Shown: in pieces, positions 50,901 through 64,000 of the stretch
Layout of the letters: each line of letters begins with the position of its first letter
Numbering within the stretch: the first letter of the stretch is position 1
NCBI RefSeq assembly: GCF_037042905.1
Contig: NC_087245.1
Location: forward strand, 806,001 to 870,000
Length of the DNA stretch: 64,000 nt
Direction: 5' to 3'
Origin: Lytechinus pictus
Taxonomy: Eukaryota
Program-made: the position numbers and the translations under genes
The notes under the pieces: model-generated
What the model saw: the letters and a program-made list of their open reading frames with translations, nothing else
Told to the model about the DNA's origin: nothing
The model's database searches: none

Positions 50901-51695
50901 ATGAGATGTTTCTTACCAGACCGATCTGGTGGCCATTGCAAAATCTTCCCATCCCTTGCTCACCCTGCGTAATAATAGGCTTGACTCGGTTTGTTTATAT
51001 GATGTAGCTACAATAAGATTAGACCCAAAGCTTCGGTCTCTGTTAATGTTGGTTGTTCCACTTAACTCCGTTGGCTACACTCACCAAATACAGAGACCGA
51101 AGTTCTAGCTCGATCTGTACAGGGGACTCAATGGCCATATGTTTATGTATTAAGTTCGGATAAAACAGGGAAGTGAAGTTGTGCGACAGCTGAAGTAAAT
51201 CACTGTTTTTCCCCTTTCAAGTTTATTTTTCCCCCTTTTGGTGCATTTCAGGCCAAAACAGAATAATATTCTTTATTTTGGTACAGTTCTTTTTATATAT
51301 ATTTTTATGAAATAAAGACAAAAATCGATGAGCCCCGTAGGGGGGATTTTGCATTGTTAACCCCCTAATGGTGGCTGCACGATAGCGAGCCGTCTGTGTA
51401 CGAGGAGAAGTTTTTTTTTAAATGTTAAAAAAAAACCTCGAAACAGACGGCTACCAGCCGTCTACAAGAGGATGAGCTACATCATGAAGCGCCATTCTAT
51501 TGAACAATTCATTGAACAAATTATTTTGACAATTGATAATTATGAATTTACATTTTGGTTGGAAATAGTATACTATCATTTATCTGGCAGATTTGAAAAA
51601 TGTTGAATTATGTTTCATGTCCATTATATTTAAAAGTAATTTCATGTCGATCTACAGGTCTGTACTTTGTTTATTTCCGCAGTAAATTTTCGAAT

Positions 51696-53567
51696 GGATG
51701 AAAACATCTTACAACATGTGCGGGCTGTCCTGAAGAATGAAGGAGGATTGTTAGAGAGGTATGTTTATTTTTTTTCTATGTGGACTATTGTCTATTTTCT
51801 TTTTTTTTTCTTTGTCACCATCTAAAAAAATTAATCATAAAATTGGTTTCATGATAAAGAAGCATGTATTTTGATCAATTTCAAACTTGGTTGACGTACA
51901 CATCTGACAGTTACTGAACTAATCTTAATTCTGTGTCACATGATCAATGGTCATAGAGTACTAGACCAAAGGCTTCAGTCTCTGTATTTTGGTTGTTCCG
52001 CTGATCTGCGTAAAGGATTATAGTGAAATGTCAGAAATTGTTAAGGAAATCCCCAGAAACGACGGTTATTCCTGTCTAATAGAGTACATGCCTAAATGTC
52101 AAAAATTTTGTAGATCCAGTTGATCAATTTAAATTTATGAGAATGACAATGTGATTAGGTTGGCAAAATAAGAAATTCATAAGTCAACTGACCAAATATG
52201 CAGATTTCTCAAAAGGTAGGCCAATAAATTTCGACAATATGCAGTAAAGGTAGTTAATACATAGTTGTTGTTTATTCAATGTTGTTTAAATATTTTCTTT
52301 TGCTTCTTACTCTATTCTTACTCACTAGGAATATGCCAACCAGAACTGCAATTAGGAGTCATTGACAGGAGGAACCTTTGTGACTTGTACGAGGATGAAG
52401 CTTTCAAGCACCACACGCTACTTTATCAACATGCTTGAAGATGATCTGAGCCTGAGGAGGGACAAAGGGCCTAGTGATCGACTACCTTTGTATCTGCAAA
52501 TATCGACAATTCTGCGTTTGTATGCTGTAAGTATTTCTTTTATAAGAAAGTTATGACATAAACATCTCAAGACAAGCCTAGTGTATGCAAATATTAGTGA
52601 TGTTGCTGTAAAAAGAAATCGAACTCAAAAAGTGATAATAAATTTTGGCAACTGCCTGTTTTTAATTCACAATGAACTGAGCCTATGATTATTATTTTAT
52701 ATTTTTGAAAAAAATAGAAAATACAATCAGAAATGTAAATTAGAACTAGAAGTTTTGTCATCCATTGTCGACAGATTCTTCCAAAATCCATACTTTACAT
52801 TTAGGTTGTATAATTATCTTGGTTATTTGAAAAAAGTATTGCATCTGCTTTGCTCAATGTATGTTTGTCACACAATTGTTTATGGGGTTGGGAAAAGTTT
52901 AGCCTTTAGACCAGTAAAGTAATGTTAAACTGAGTTCTATGATATTTAAAGGATTCCATATGGGATCAAATATGATTTTTTTTTAAATCTCTAAATGTAA
53001 AGACAATGAAATAGTTATTTCTTGTTTTCTCTTTGTCATCTGAAAAAATAAAATCACAGAGTAATGTGCAACTTCTGGCAATATATCTTCATTTACAGGA
53101 TAATTTCAGGGAATACATGGTGATGAGACATCAGCTGTTGAGTGATCAAAGATGTTTCGCAAGCCATAGCAAGAAGAAAGGTTTTGTGAGAACTTCAACA
53201 ACCAGAGATGAGATTGAGGCTACCCAACAACAACTGTATGAGCGTTGTGGCCCAGTGGATTAGTCTCCCGGACCTTGAAACAGAGGGTCGTGGGTTCGAA
53301 TCCCAGCCATGGCGTAATTTCCTTCAACAAGAAACTGATCCACACGGTGCTGCACTCAGCCTAGGTGAGGTAAATGGGTACCGGTAGGAAGTAATTCCTC
53401 AAGAAGCTGTGAACGCCTAGCTTAGCCGGGTAATATAGGAGCGCCTTGAGCACCTAATAAGGTGGATATGTGCGCAATGTAAATACCCTATATTATTATT
53501 TTGAGTACCAGTACTACAGGAATTCAATAGTCATAGGTGTGATCGATGGGACCCATGTCTATATAAG
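51696..53567 (+). pseudogene. Harbinger (HARBI1-like) transposase remnants in spliced exons
   Basis: RYFINMLEDDL..LPLYLQISTILRLYA (52400-52527), RDEIEATQQQLYE, and VIGVIDGTHVYI (~53530-53565, the DDE GxIDGTH motif); stops, frameshifts and a SINE interrupt it. Confidence 0.75.
53238..53502 (+). mobile_element. tRNA-derived SINE, full length
   Basis: A box tggcccagtgg, B box ggttcgaatcc, core gctgcactca..ctaggtg..aaatgggtacc, (TAT)n tail; inserted in a transposase exon. Confidence 0.85.
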
Positions 53568-55919
53568 ATAATAAGAATTCCTGGAGGAACACAAGCTTTG
53601 TACTTTTTTGAAGGGCAAGTCCACCCCAACAAAGAGTTTCTTTGATATAATAGAGAAAAGTCCAGTGAGCATAACACTGAAACTTTCATTAAAATTTGAT
53701 GTAAAATGAGAAAGTTCTGACATTTTGAAGTTTTGCTTATAAGTTATTTTCACAAAACATCTGTGCACATCCTGGTCATTATGCAAATGAGCGACCAAGT
53801 GACGTTCTCCATTCACCGTTTCTTTTGAAATATATCATTAAATATGATTTTTTTTCGCCTCATAATGTGTAATACAGGTGTACCGGTATGCTTTGATTTC
53901 TCCCTGAAATTTGTGTAAAAAGCCATTGTGGCAACCTGAACTCAATTCAATGAAGACTTATAATTGTGAATTCTGTAAAAATTCAAGTTTTATAATATAT
54001 TTCATATCTTGATATGCAAAAGAAAGACTGTGACATAGACTTAATTGCATATCACCTGTTTTGTGCATATAAGTGATTTGTGTGAATCTTTGATATGTCA
54101 TTACTTATTTTACATCATATTTTGATGTTGTCAGTGTCATGCATGTTTTATTTTTATCTATCCATTCAAATAAACTTTTTGTTGTACAGTGGACTTGCTC
54201 TAGAACAGGTATTTTTGTATGTATTTTCTTTTAACGCTTTTTTACTGGGGGTTGAAGCAACCTCCCTTGAGATCTTGGCCAATGATCACGTAAACGCCTT
54301 GAAAATTGGTATGAAAATAGTGGGGGATGTAATGTGCAATGAAATATGGTTAATTTTTCAGAAATTGTCAGATCTTTTATATGAATTATGCTAATTTATG
54401 TGTAAATTATACTTTTATACCATTGCTATAAAATGTTAACAATCAAATATATAAAAAAAATCCTAGTTTGAAAATGAATTTCTTATGTATTTTATTGTTT
54501 AATGAATTTCCTATGTATATCTTTGTTTTTCAACCTTTTGGTTTTCTTTATTAAGAAGATGAGAAAACTCAACATTGACCTTTTACACAAAATCCCATTT
54601 TGGAGCAATTTTGGGTCTGACATGCACTTATGTAATGTTGAGTAATTTTCCAACTGCATACCAGGCATCGTAAATTTGGTCTCAAAAGATGTGCAAGACT
54701 TCAAAATAAAATGTTGGCAAGCGGCACGGTCGTATAATTTCTCACAGTGGAATGGTCGTGGAAAATGTTGAGGGTGGGGGGGTTGATTCAACCCCCCCCC
54801 CCCCCCCCCCCCCGCGGTTTTAGGGTTGAAATAGCACATGATTTTTGAGAATTTCACATGAATACAAAGGAAATTATCTAATCTATTTCTTTTTTAAGTA
54901 TTTGAAATTAACTTTTATCAGATTTAGTTTCTTTCACAGACTACATGTATCTTCAATGATTTTTAAATTTAAACAGTTTGTTAAAAAAAACATTATTTAA
55001 TCACGAAGCATCAAATGTAAATTCCTCATTTACTTTTTCATGTAAAATATTCTCACATATTTCAAATTGTATTTTTCAAATGTTTAGAACTTTGATAGCT
55101 CCCAGAAAGTTTATTGCATGCTCCAAAATATGCATATGTGTCCATGAGGATGATGAGGTCAAGGGTCATCAATTTAAATTGCTCTAATTTCTTTGTTTTT
55201 GCATTAGTTGTGTTTACATTTTGCACAGATAACCATTGGGTATTAAATACCACATGTACATGTATGTCCAAGAGGATGATAAGGTCAAAAGATCATATTG
55301 CATAGTTTATTGATCGTGATATCAGGCGAGACACGTGGTTCACCTTGTTTTTTGTTGAAATGTATTCTTTTCATGTGTCCACAGGGCAACAGCCTATCTG
55401 AGCCTTATGAATAGAGCTCGACTCGGGCAACTGGAAAAACACTAGCTTGGCCTGGCACATGCACATTTAGGGGGCATGAATGAAACGAAAGGGCAATTAA
55501 TGTATTTTCTTGGAAAAAATATAATTTCAATTGACCCCCCAAGGATAACCTGATCGTCCTGATGGCCTAGTTGAGGAAACCAGGCAGCCTAACGAGTAGA
55601 GCTTGACTCGGTCAACCAGAAAAACACCAGCTAATAATGAACACTAATGATTATTCATATAGGCCATTATTGTATTGTAATACAAGAATGTGGCAAGATA
55701 TCAAAACCTGTAATAAGTATTTATTTATTTCACAAATATTTGTAATTTTACAATATGTTATAAAATGCCAATTGAGTATTAGATTTTCAGTGTTATATTT
55801 TTATGTAATTTCCTGATGTGATTTTCCAAGGTACCAGGTGATTTCATGCAAATTAAAGATATACAGAAAAGATACAAGAGTAGTCTTAATTCTCTTTTCC
55901 TGATTTGGACGAAATAATC

Positions 55920-56420
55920 ATGAAGATGACTTTGGTGGTGATGAGGATTTTAATGGTGTTGTTGCTGCTGATGGTGTGATGATGAAGTTGGTGGTGACGA
56001 GTGGTGGTGGTGATGATGGTGGTGGTCATACATGTGATGGTAATGATGATGTTGGTGATGATGATGGGTTGGTGATGATGATGAGGTTGGTGATGACGAT
56101 AAGATGATAGCAATGGTGATGTTAGTGTTGATGGTAATGATGTTGACGATAGTAATGATCATCCCCCTTTCATCTCCATCCGCCTTTTATCTCCAGCACT
56201 CTTATCTATATATATCCCTCTCATCGACATCCCTCCTCTGATCATCTCCCTTCCTCCTAACCATCTCCATCCCTCCTCTCACCATCTCCATCCTCTGATC
56301 CCCTCCATCCCTCATCTCCACCCCCGTCTCAATCACCCTCATCACCTCCATCCCTCCCATTATCTCCATCACCATCTCTTTCCTCTCAACATCTCCATTT
56401 TTCTTATCTCCATTTGTCTC
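55920..56420. repeat. (GAT/GGT)n then CCATCT-rich low-complexity tracts
   Basis: Direct inspection. Confidence 0.8.
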
Positions 56421-58273
56421 AGGAAAATGCCTATACACAAGATAGAATTCAACAGTCAAAATACTTCATTTGAAATATAATATCCCTTAGTAAAGTGGGT
56501 TTTATTATTTACCATATAAATTTGAATAATTACATAGTAAACACTGTATACTTAACCGAATTTGCATTTTTGAAAGTGAAACTGAATTTTTTCATGCACA
56601 CTTTCAGTGGATATGAAAATTTTAAGTAAAATTAAATTATTAAAAATTCCAGGGGGGGGGGGGTAACTGCTGCGTACCAAGCCGGCCCCATGTATATTTT
56701 CCCTTAATACTCAAACAGCCACGTAATAAGCATAGAACTCATTCTAAGGCTAAGCTGTACACCAGGGGAAAAATAATATAAAAAAGCAATATATTATTCA
56801 TTAAGCTGCAAGAAAAGTTACTCAAAATAAATCAGGGGAAAACAAGGAATTGAAAGGGGCAAAATTAGATCAATTTATCCATGTTATTTTAAATTCTGTA
56901 AAAAAATGCTAAGTCCCCTATTTTTTTATTTTATTGATTGCTTCCTTTGGCCCGGCATGCCCACGCCATATTTCGGGGGCCGGGGCGAAAACGCCCCCCG
57001 CAGCCTCGGCATGCGTACGTTATTAAATATTAGTACTACATTTCATCATCATCATTGGAAGAAGGCGGTGGCCTGTAATTCCCGGTCACTCCATCTATGG
57101 TTTTAGTCTGGTGAATTTATTACTGTACGCATGCTGAGGAGTGGGGATTTAATTTTAGCCTGAATCGAACATCCACAAGTCAAAGAAATTGAAGCCTATT
57201 ATTACTTAAAACTAAGCTATACACCATTGAAAATAAATATACATAAACAAAATCATTTATTTAAAAATGTAGAAGGGCAGAGCCTACGATGTCAAATTAA
57301 GCTTCACTCAGCTCAGCTCGGCTCTTTACACGCCCACTTCCGTTGAGGATATTCGGGGCGGAAGCGCCCCGGCAGCTACGGGGACCGAGCTACGCAGTAT
57401 TGCGATGAAAAGCACCGAATCGTTCATCCGATTTTCGCTACTCACGATCAGAGAGAAAAGATGACAAACCTCAACAATCGTGCATCTACAGTGAATGTTA
57501 CTCTCTCTATGAAGAAATTGAGTTAAGGGAATACAAGAAAGTCTATCTTCTGCGACAAAAGTGAAGAAAATGAATTATGATCACAAAATTAAGTCAGTTC
57601 TTGAGCCGGGGCCGAGTCAAGTACCAATACGGTACAGCAGCTAAATAAACGCGGGCCGGCTACATGGGAATCGCGAGATAGCTAGAAGCGCATAAAATTA
57701 CACTTTGTTTTTATATTTCACCGAAAAAAGTTGTAGTAAGTGAAGAATCAGACCATATTACCAGTGCTATTTGTTGAATGTAAGTTTTCAATGAACTGAG
57801 CATGCTCAGTACACGCTAAAAAAGGGGAAATCCCTGGTTTTGAGGTAAAACCCACGGTTTAAACCATGGTTTCATTTGAGTCCACTGTTGAAACCATGGT
57901 TTCATTTGAGACCACTGTTGAAACCGTGGGTTTTAGAAACCATCGTTTGTGAATCGCAAGTTTTAGAAACCATGGTTTTTGAAAAACCATGGTTTCTAAA
58001 ACCCACGGTTTCTAAAAACCATGGTTTCAAACGAAACCACCTTTGTGAATTCGGGCCTTGGTGTCCCAAGTGTAGCAAGTTGGCTTGAAAATTGCCTAAA
58101 AAGCGCAGAAAACAAGCAAAAGTCTCTTAATACCTTCTAAAATGCGAATGGTTCCGTAGTCTTGCTCCCAAACATTGAAAATCCATGTTATTTTCATCAT
58201 ACTTTGCACATAGATACTTTAGCACCTGAATATTCCAAATATGCAAAAATTAACGTGGGTCCATGTGCTTGAT

Positions 58274-59074
58274 TTTTTGTCTCACCTGCATAGCAGAGTG
58301 AGACTATAGGCGCCGCTTTTCCGACGGCGACGGCGACGGTGGCGGCGGCGTCAACACCAAATCTTAACCTGAGGTTAAGTTTTTGAAATGACAGCATAAC
58401 TTAGAAAGTATATGGACCTAGTTCATGAAACTTGGCCATAAGGTTAATCAAGTATTACTGAACATCCTGCCTGAGTTTCATGTCACATGACCAAGGTCAA
58501 AGGTCATTTAGGGTCAATGAACTTAGACCATGTTGGGGGAATCAACATCAAAATCTTAACCTAAGGTTAAGTTTTTGAAATGTCATCATAACTTAGAAAA
58601 TATATGGACCTAGTTCATGAAACTTATACATAAGGTTAATCAAGTATTACTGAACATCCTGTGCAAGTTTCAGGTCACATGATCAAGGTCAAAGGTCATT
58701 TAGGGTCAATGAACTTTGGCCAAATTGGGGTATTTGTTGAATTACAGCCATAAATTTGAAAGTGTGTTGGTCTAGTTCATAAAACTTGGACATAATAGTA
58801 ATCAAGTATCACTGAACATCCTGTGCGAGTTTCAGGTCACATGATCAAGGTCAAAGGTCATGTAAGGTCAAAGAACTTTGGCCACGTTGGGGGTATTTGT
58901 TGAATTGCCATCATATCTCTATAAGTGTATTGGTCTAGTTCATAAAACGTGGAAATAAGAGTAACCAAGTATCACTGAACATCTTGTGCGAGTTATAGTA
59001 GTTTTCAAAATCAGCACTGCTGCTATATTGAATCGCGTGATGCAGGTGAGACGGCCAGAGGCATTCCACTTGTT
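58274..59074 (+). mobile_element. Helentron-associated (Tsp/pearl-like) non-autonomous element
   Basis: T-run flanks, subterminal IR gtctcacctgca/tgcaggtgagac, GAC/GGC microsatellite, 3-4 tandem ~170-bp cores with aggtcaaaggtca. Confidence 0.7.
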
Positions 59075-60161
59075 TGCTATAGAGCTTCAAAGTTAACCCA
59101 AAATGGATAATGTTCTTTATAAGAATTGCGCATCCAAGAATTTGACATTTTTAGACCTCACGAGATCACGAGATCACAACAATGAGTTTACAGCCCTATT
59201 ACTCAGTCAAAATCCATGAAAATTTAATCAAACTTTGCAATATGATTAATAATTGTATCCGTAAGATGGATAATCTATCTATATTGCTGTCAATTGTTTT
59301 CTCATTTAAGTCTAACAACACTCTCAGTTCTTAGAAATTGCGGGAAAGATACCCAACCTAAAAAATTTCAAATTTCAATAACAAACTTGAGAAGTAAATG
59401 AAATGCTGCACTTTATTCAAAACCCATGTAATTTTCACCAAACTTTGCAAAGTTGTAGAGGAAGGTGTACCTAAGAGGTGCAAACATTAAAAAATATGGG
59501 TTCATGTGCTTGATTTCAAACTATCAGCACTCTTATTAGAGCAAATTTGCTTCTTAAAACACCTGAAGACGCGCCAAAAGTAGTATCTATGTGAGGAAAA
59601 ATTCTGAACCACTTTTCCATTTATTCAAACTTGGGGTCATATACTCATATTCATTATACTTTGCAGCACTACAGAGAAACTATTTTGAAATTGTAGAGGA
59701 ATAAAAAAAAATGGTCCATGGAATAATTCCAGTTTATTAGCTTCATAAAATAACACATCAGATCTGCAGTTAGTGCAGATAAGGAGAAAAATCAGCTCAC
59801 ATTACCTACAGCTGATTAAATCACCAATTCATCCACTGTGACGTCAGCACGGAGATTGTAAAATATGCGCAGATAATGATGCGCACAAACATACAGTAAC
59901 TGTGGAACGTCCTTAAGCAACATGAACAAATAGCAAGCATGACAATGCCCTCTGGCTCTGTAACTAAGTCAAGTGCAGACTAATTTAGATCTACATCTTG
60001 CGGCTGAGTCAAGCCGAATTGCATAGGCCTGCCGCCTAACCCTTTACAAAAATTTACATAAAAATACATTCTGATACGATTGATTGGGGAAGAGTTACTC
60101 TTGCGACAGCCACCCAAAAGAGTGAAAGACTCTAGATCTAAATATACTGTATTGACCACAA

Positions 60162-60603
60162 TGGGGGATTTCAAGTACGGTGTTGAAATCTGGTGTTGGT
60201 GTTGTGACAAGTTCGGTGTTGGTGATTTGAAGCCCACAAACAGGGTAAAACATCCCCGTAAAATTAGATTTTTACAGTTTAAAAAAAGAGTGCAAATCAT
60301 GAGTGCTTTACACAATTTAATAGACAATGTTTACTCTTTCGGATTCTTAAGTGACTTTCGCCTTTGCATTCTGTATGATGAGATTTTACGGTAATTTTGT
60401 CCCGATTTCACTTTCGTCGTCGAGAAAGTTCTTGCGCAAAGTTGAGATGATCAGCAGCGCAGAGGCGTGACGTCATATGCTATCAATAACGCGATTGGTA
60501 TCGTTCCTCTGAACCCTTGCAGCTTGGTGTTGGAGCTTGGTTCAGCAGCCTTTTCACACTCTAGATCAACACCAACACTGAACACCAAACTTGAAATCAC
60601 CCA
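60162..60603. mobile_element. Harbinger-like MITE
   Basis: tgggggatttcaagt / acttgaaatcaccca TIRs with ggtgtt/aacacc subterminal repeats. Confidence 0.65.
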
Positions 60604-61999
60604 TTGTTGTATAAACTAGTAGACTACCCTACAAGATCTGCTGGACTTTTCCATTTACCTAGAACGAGGACATTATTATAAACAAACAAACTGTTCATAT
60701 ATTCTGGCATCAAACTTTGGAATTCACTTTCGCAAACTTTACGAAATAAGCCAACTATTCATTGCTTCAATATAGAACTTAAAAAAAATCTAACTAATAA
60801 CTATAACACTCACATCATTCATCCTACTTAGGATATATCTTGTGGATCTTCAGTTCTTCCGGATTCCCCCCCCCCCCGCCTTTATTTCGCTTCTTTTCTC
60901 GTCTCACTTTTCATTCGATCTACCTGTGCAGATTTGTTTTTTGTTTGTTCTTTTGTTTGCTTTCTTTTACTTGTTTTTTGTCCTTTGTTTTGTTGTTGTT
61001 TTTATTTCAATTTGTCTGTCCTTATACTATTTTGTTTGTCTTGTTTTTGTATAACTTTTTGTCATGCCTTGTTCTTGTACCGTTCTGTCACATCCTGTTT
61101 TGTAACATTTTGTTTTGTGTGTCCTTTTTACTTTTTCTTCATATCTTGTAATATAATCCAGCCTTGTTTATCTTTTACTTGGGAGAATAAAAAATATATT
61201 AAGCAAAGATTTACATGTAATTTCTACAAGAAAGATATGATTTGTTTATTTTATATATATATATTGAACTTTGTATTTTGCATTAGTATGTCTTATTTAT
61301 TGAAGGAAACCTTCAAAAATAAGCTTTGCTTTTCAGAAGGTTTCTATTTCATTTCATAATGTTATATTATATTTTGCTTTACTTTGTAACCTTGTTGAAA
61401 TTTTGGAATGAAATAAATTTGTTTTCAATCAATCAATCAATACCGTAATTTAGAAGTTTTTATAGTGTATAAAAACAATCATAATATAGTGAAAAGAGTG
61501 TTTATCATATGCTACAATGCTGGTTTATTCATTTCAACCACATGTTTTTCTTGATTCTTGGTGGAGCTACAGTACACAACTTGTAGCCATTGTGGGACCA
61601 CACTATAAACATATCTAGGCATTTTCTGATCATCATTTGCTCATTAATCTGTAATTATTTATACATTTTCAAAATCATTTGGCAGTTATGATTATCACAG
61701 TTTATGAATTATATTGTTCACAAATTCTGTTTTAAGTTTTGATTGATTCTATGATTTTATAGTTTTTTCTTGCTACCCTATCTGTAAGCTTGTTTGATTT
61801 TTCTTTTTTTATTTAAATGACATTTTTGTTAGGGTAGGCTTGCCTCTAATTCAATGTTGCTGTATTCTAGATCAATATGCTCATCCATAACTATGTAGAA
61901 ATGTGTCTTGTAAGTGATACACAATGTTCAGGCAAGACTGAATTAGTGGAAAATGGAATTAGTGGCATTTATTCAGTTGTTTGTATTTTTTTGGTTTAG

Positions 62000-62162
62000 A
62001 GTCTGAAGCCTTAAATGACCCGGCCTTTGACGACCCCATGGATATCTCTTTTATGACTGATGAACAACGGCACTCCAATTCTGTAAGGAAAGCTATTCAG
62101 GTGGTCCGAAGAACGCAAGAGCTAGAAATCAGCAATCCTATGGAACTCATTTGGTTTAGAGG
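62000..62162 (+). CDS. ACOX1: ACOX1-like, exon 2
   Basis: tttag acceptor in phase with exon 1; ESEALNDPAFDDPMDISFMTDEQRHSNSVRKA...ELIWFRG; gtaagt donor. Confidence 0.85.
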
Positions 62163-63544
62163 GTAAGTGTGCTTGTGCTTACAGAGAGTGCAACCCAGCT
62201 AGGAAAAAGAATGAAACCAAGAAAATGTTATTATATTGACACATATTTGTCAGACTTGGATCCTCTATCATTTTATAATCTAAATGTTGCCAATAGACTA
62301 ATATTCCACTGGACGTCACATAAAAAACAACCAACCCGTAAACCCTTTACCCCCTTCCCCCCTTTTAAACTTTTTTGTTTTCCAATCCATACTGATTGTT
62401 TAAAGTCAAGTGCTGGTGTTTTTCAAAAAATCTCTGTTTACTAACTAGTGTCCCAATTGGTACATGTAATTGGTCTAGAAATTGATTTGTATGGATAACC
62501 CTTTTTTAAAAATCCTAGCCATGGTATGTTTTTCCTCACCAAGAAATATACCAGGTGAAGCGAATGGGTATCAGGCTGGCTAATACTGAACATTCAATAT
62601 ACTGAGCATTGGAAGTGGTAGCTACATGTAAGTAAGGGTGATAGGAATAGATTATATCTAGATACATGTACATGTAGATGGCAATATTTGTATGAATACT
62701 GTACCTACTAAAACATGACAAATTTTTAATTCACCTCCATGAGTCTCATTTCATAAAGAATTAACACAACAAATTAATAATTCCAATTAAACATGAGTAC
62801 TATTAGCCAATCAAATTGAATTGGCTTTAAACTTTTATTGCAAATTCGTTAAAACAACAAGTTTAATGACAAAGGGCCCCTGATCTTCTTGGCTCAGAAG
62901 TATGATAGTGCTGAGGTACATGTAAAGTATTGTACCAAAAGTCAGCTACCCCCTAATAAGTGCTTTGTGTACATGTATTGATCAAAATTATTCTCAAACA
63001 ACTCTATGATATGTACATGCATCAGTCAATGAAAATCTAACTAATTTGCACCTGTAGATGTCCAGTAGTGTAGTCGTCTGGGTTCAGTAACAGAAAACAT
63101 TGTGCAACATGAGATATTTGATCGGTCTAGAACTCTGTGTACATGTGGCCAGGCGACTAACAATGTCTTCTGCCTCTTCACATCACTTTTTTATGCTTCT
63201 AAAGTTCTAGTCCCAAACTTATAGGATGTTTCTCCAGGAAGTGCTAAAATTTGACCCTTCAAGGCTTCAACCCTACAATGTTGATGGTATACTACACTGT
63301 ATGCTGAATTTGTGCCCCTGGTAGTGTTTAAATCGTGTCCTTTCATAGTTTTTATTCAATTGATTTCATTCAGGTTACTTGAGTTTTTCTTCCTTGAAAA
63401 TGAAATCACTTTTAGCACTCGCTGCATGTGGTACCAGCAGCATGTGTATCTTGCCCCCCCCCCCCTCCCTCCTTTGATACTCCACTCTGAACTTAAATTT
63501 ACTAAGCTTTGTGTGAATAAGATTTTGTTGTTTTTCCAATGAAG

Positions 63545-63705
63545 GGCTACAAACCCATTAGAGGTTCCATCACTGAGCCTCCATACATCTATGTTCATGA
63601 CCACCATTATCAACCAGATGACTCTAGAACAGAGGTCACAATGGGAATCTGCAGCCAAGAAATTTGAATTGATTGGGACATACGCTCAGACTGAGCTGGG
63701 ACATG
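63545..63705 (+). CDS. ACOX1: ACOX1-like, exon 3 (gene continues beyond window)
   Basis: ATNPLEVPSLSLHTSMFMTTIINQMTLEQRSQW...ELIGTYAQTELGHG, the conserved ACOX motif. Confidence 0.92.
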
Positions 63706-64000
63706 GTACATATCAGAATAACAAGATTATCTCTAGACGTTCATGCAGAAAACTGATATTTCATAAGCAGGGGCGGATCCAGGGTTTACCTAGGGGGAAG
63801 CAATTTGAAAAATATGACAAGCAAAATATAAAAAAGAGAAGGTTATCGACAGTCATGGAGGACATTTCCCCCATGTAAAATATTTTGACAAGGCCGCCAA
63901 AATGGGTCACCCCCCCCCCTTGCCCCGTGCCTTGGATCCGTGCCTGGTGATTAGCAAGCATGTATCTATAGAACATTGTTATTTATCATGCCTGTAGACT

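Larger units (their letters stand above)
49464..58057 (+). mobile_element. PIF/Harbinger DNA transposon, decayed (~8.6 kb)
   Basis: TIR ggcccgaattcacaaaggtggttt, 3-bp TSD TTG, aaaccatggttt subterminal repeats, transposase remnants inside. Confidence 0.88.
48542..59914. mobile_element. Non-autonomous DNA transposon (Kolobok/piggyBac-like ends) hosting nested elements
   Basis: 18-bp TIR aaggacgttccacagtta / taactgtggaacgtcctt; recurring aatccatgtcattttcatc motif on both sides of the nested Harbinger; TSD unclear. Confidence 0.7.

Noticed and set aside
53238..53312. Functional tRNA gene
   Set aside because: No paired acceptor stem or terminator; it continues into a SINE body and tail.
60840..61359. 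Hydrophobic Phe/Cys-rich ORFs
   Set aside because: T-rich low-complexity sequence ending in AATAAA and (TCAA)n, probably a LINE 3' UTR.

Overview
Repeat-rich, intron-containing animal genomic DNA; the repeat families suggest a sea urchin or similar marine invertebrate (inference). Two host genes point away from each other. One is a complete 7-coding-exon SLC30/ZnT2-like zinc transporter on the minus strand (1102-7436) with one GC-AG intron. The other is the first three exons of a peroxisomal acyl-CoA oxidase (ACOX1-like) on the plus strand (47823 to beyond the window). The ~40 kb between them is mostly mobile DNA. It is dominated by an 18.6-kb Gypsy-type LTR retrotransposon (25615-44206) with identical 236-bp LTRs, a 4-bp TSD, PBS and PPT. 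This element encodes Gag, with an apparent N-terminal ComEA-like helix-hairpin-helix, and a -1-frameshifted protease, but no RT/RNase H/integrase. It is interrupted by a 12-kb CACTA/EnSpm-like DNA element that carries further MITEs and exon-like cargo. A (TA)n tract in ZnT intron 3 holds two Penelope-like inserts: one with a minimal hammerhead ribozyme in an inverted repeat, and one with 38-bp terminal direct repeats carrying a well-formed tRNA-like gene with a UCA (UGA-reading) anticodon and Pol III terminator. ACOX intron 1 holds nested DNA transposons including a decayed PIF/Harbinger. All family assignments come from reading motifs by eye, not from database searches.
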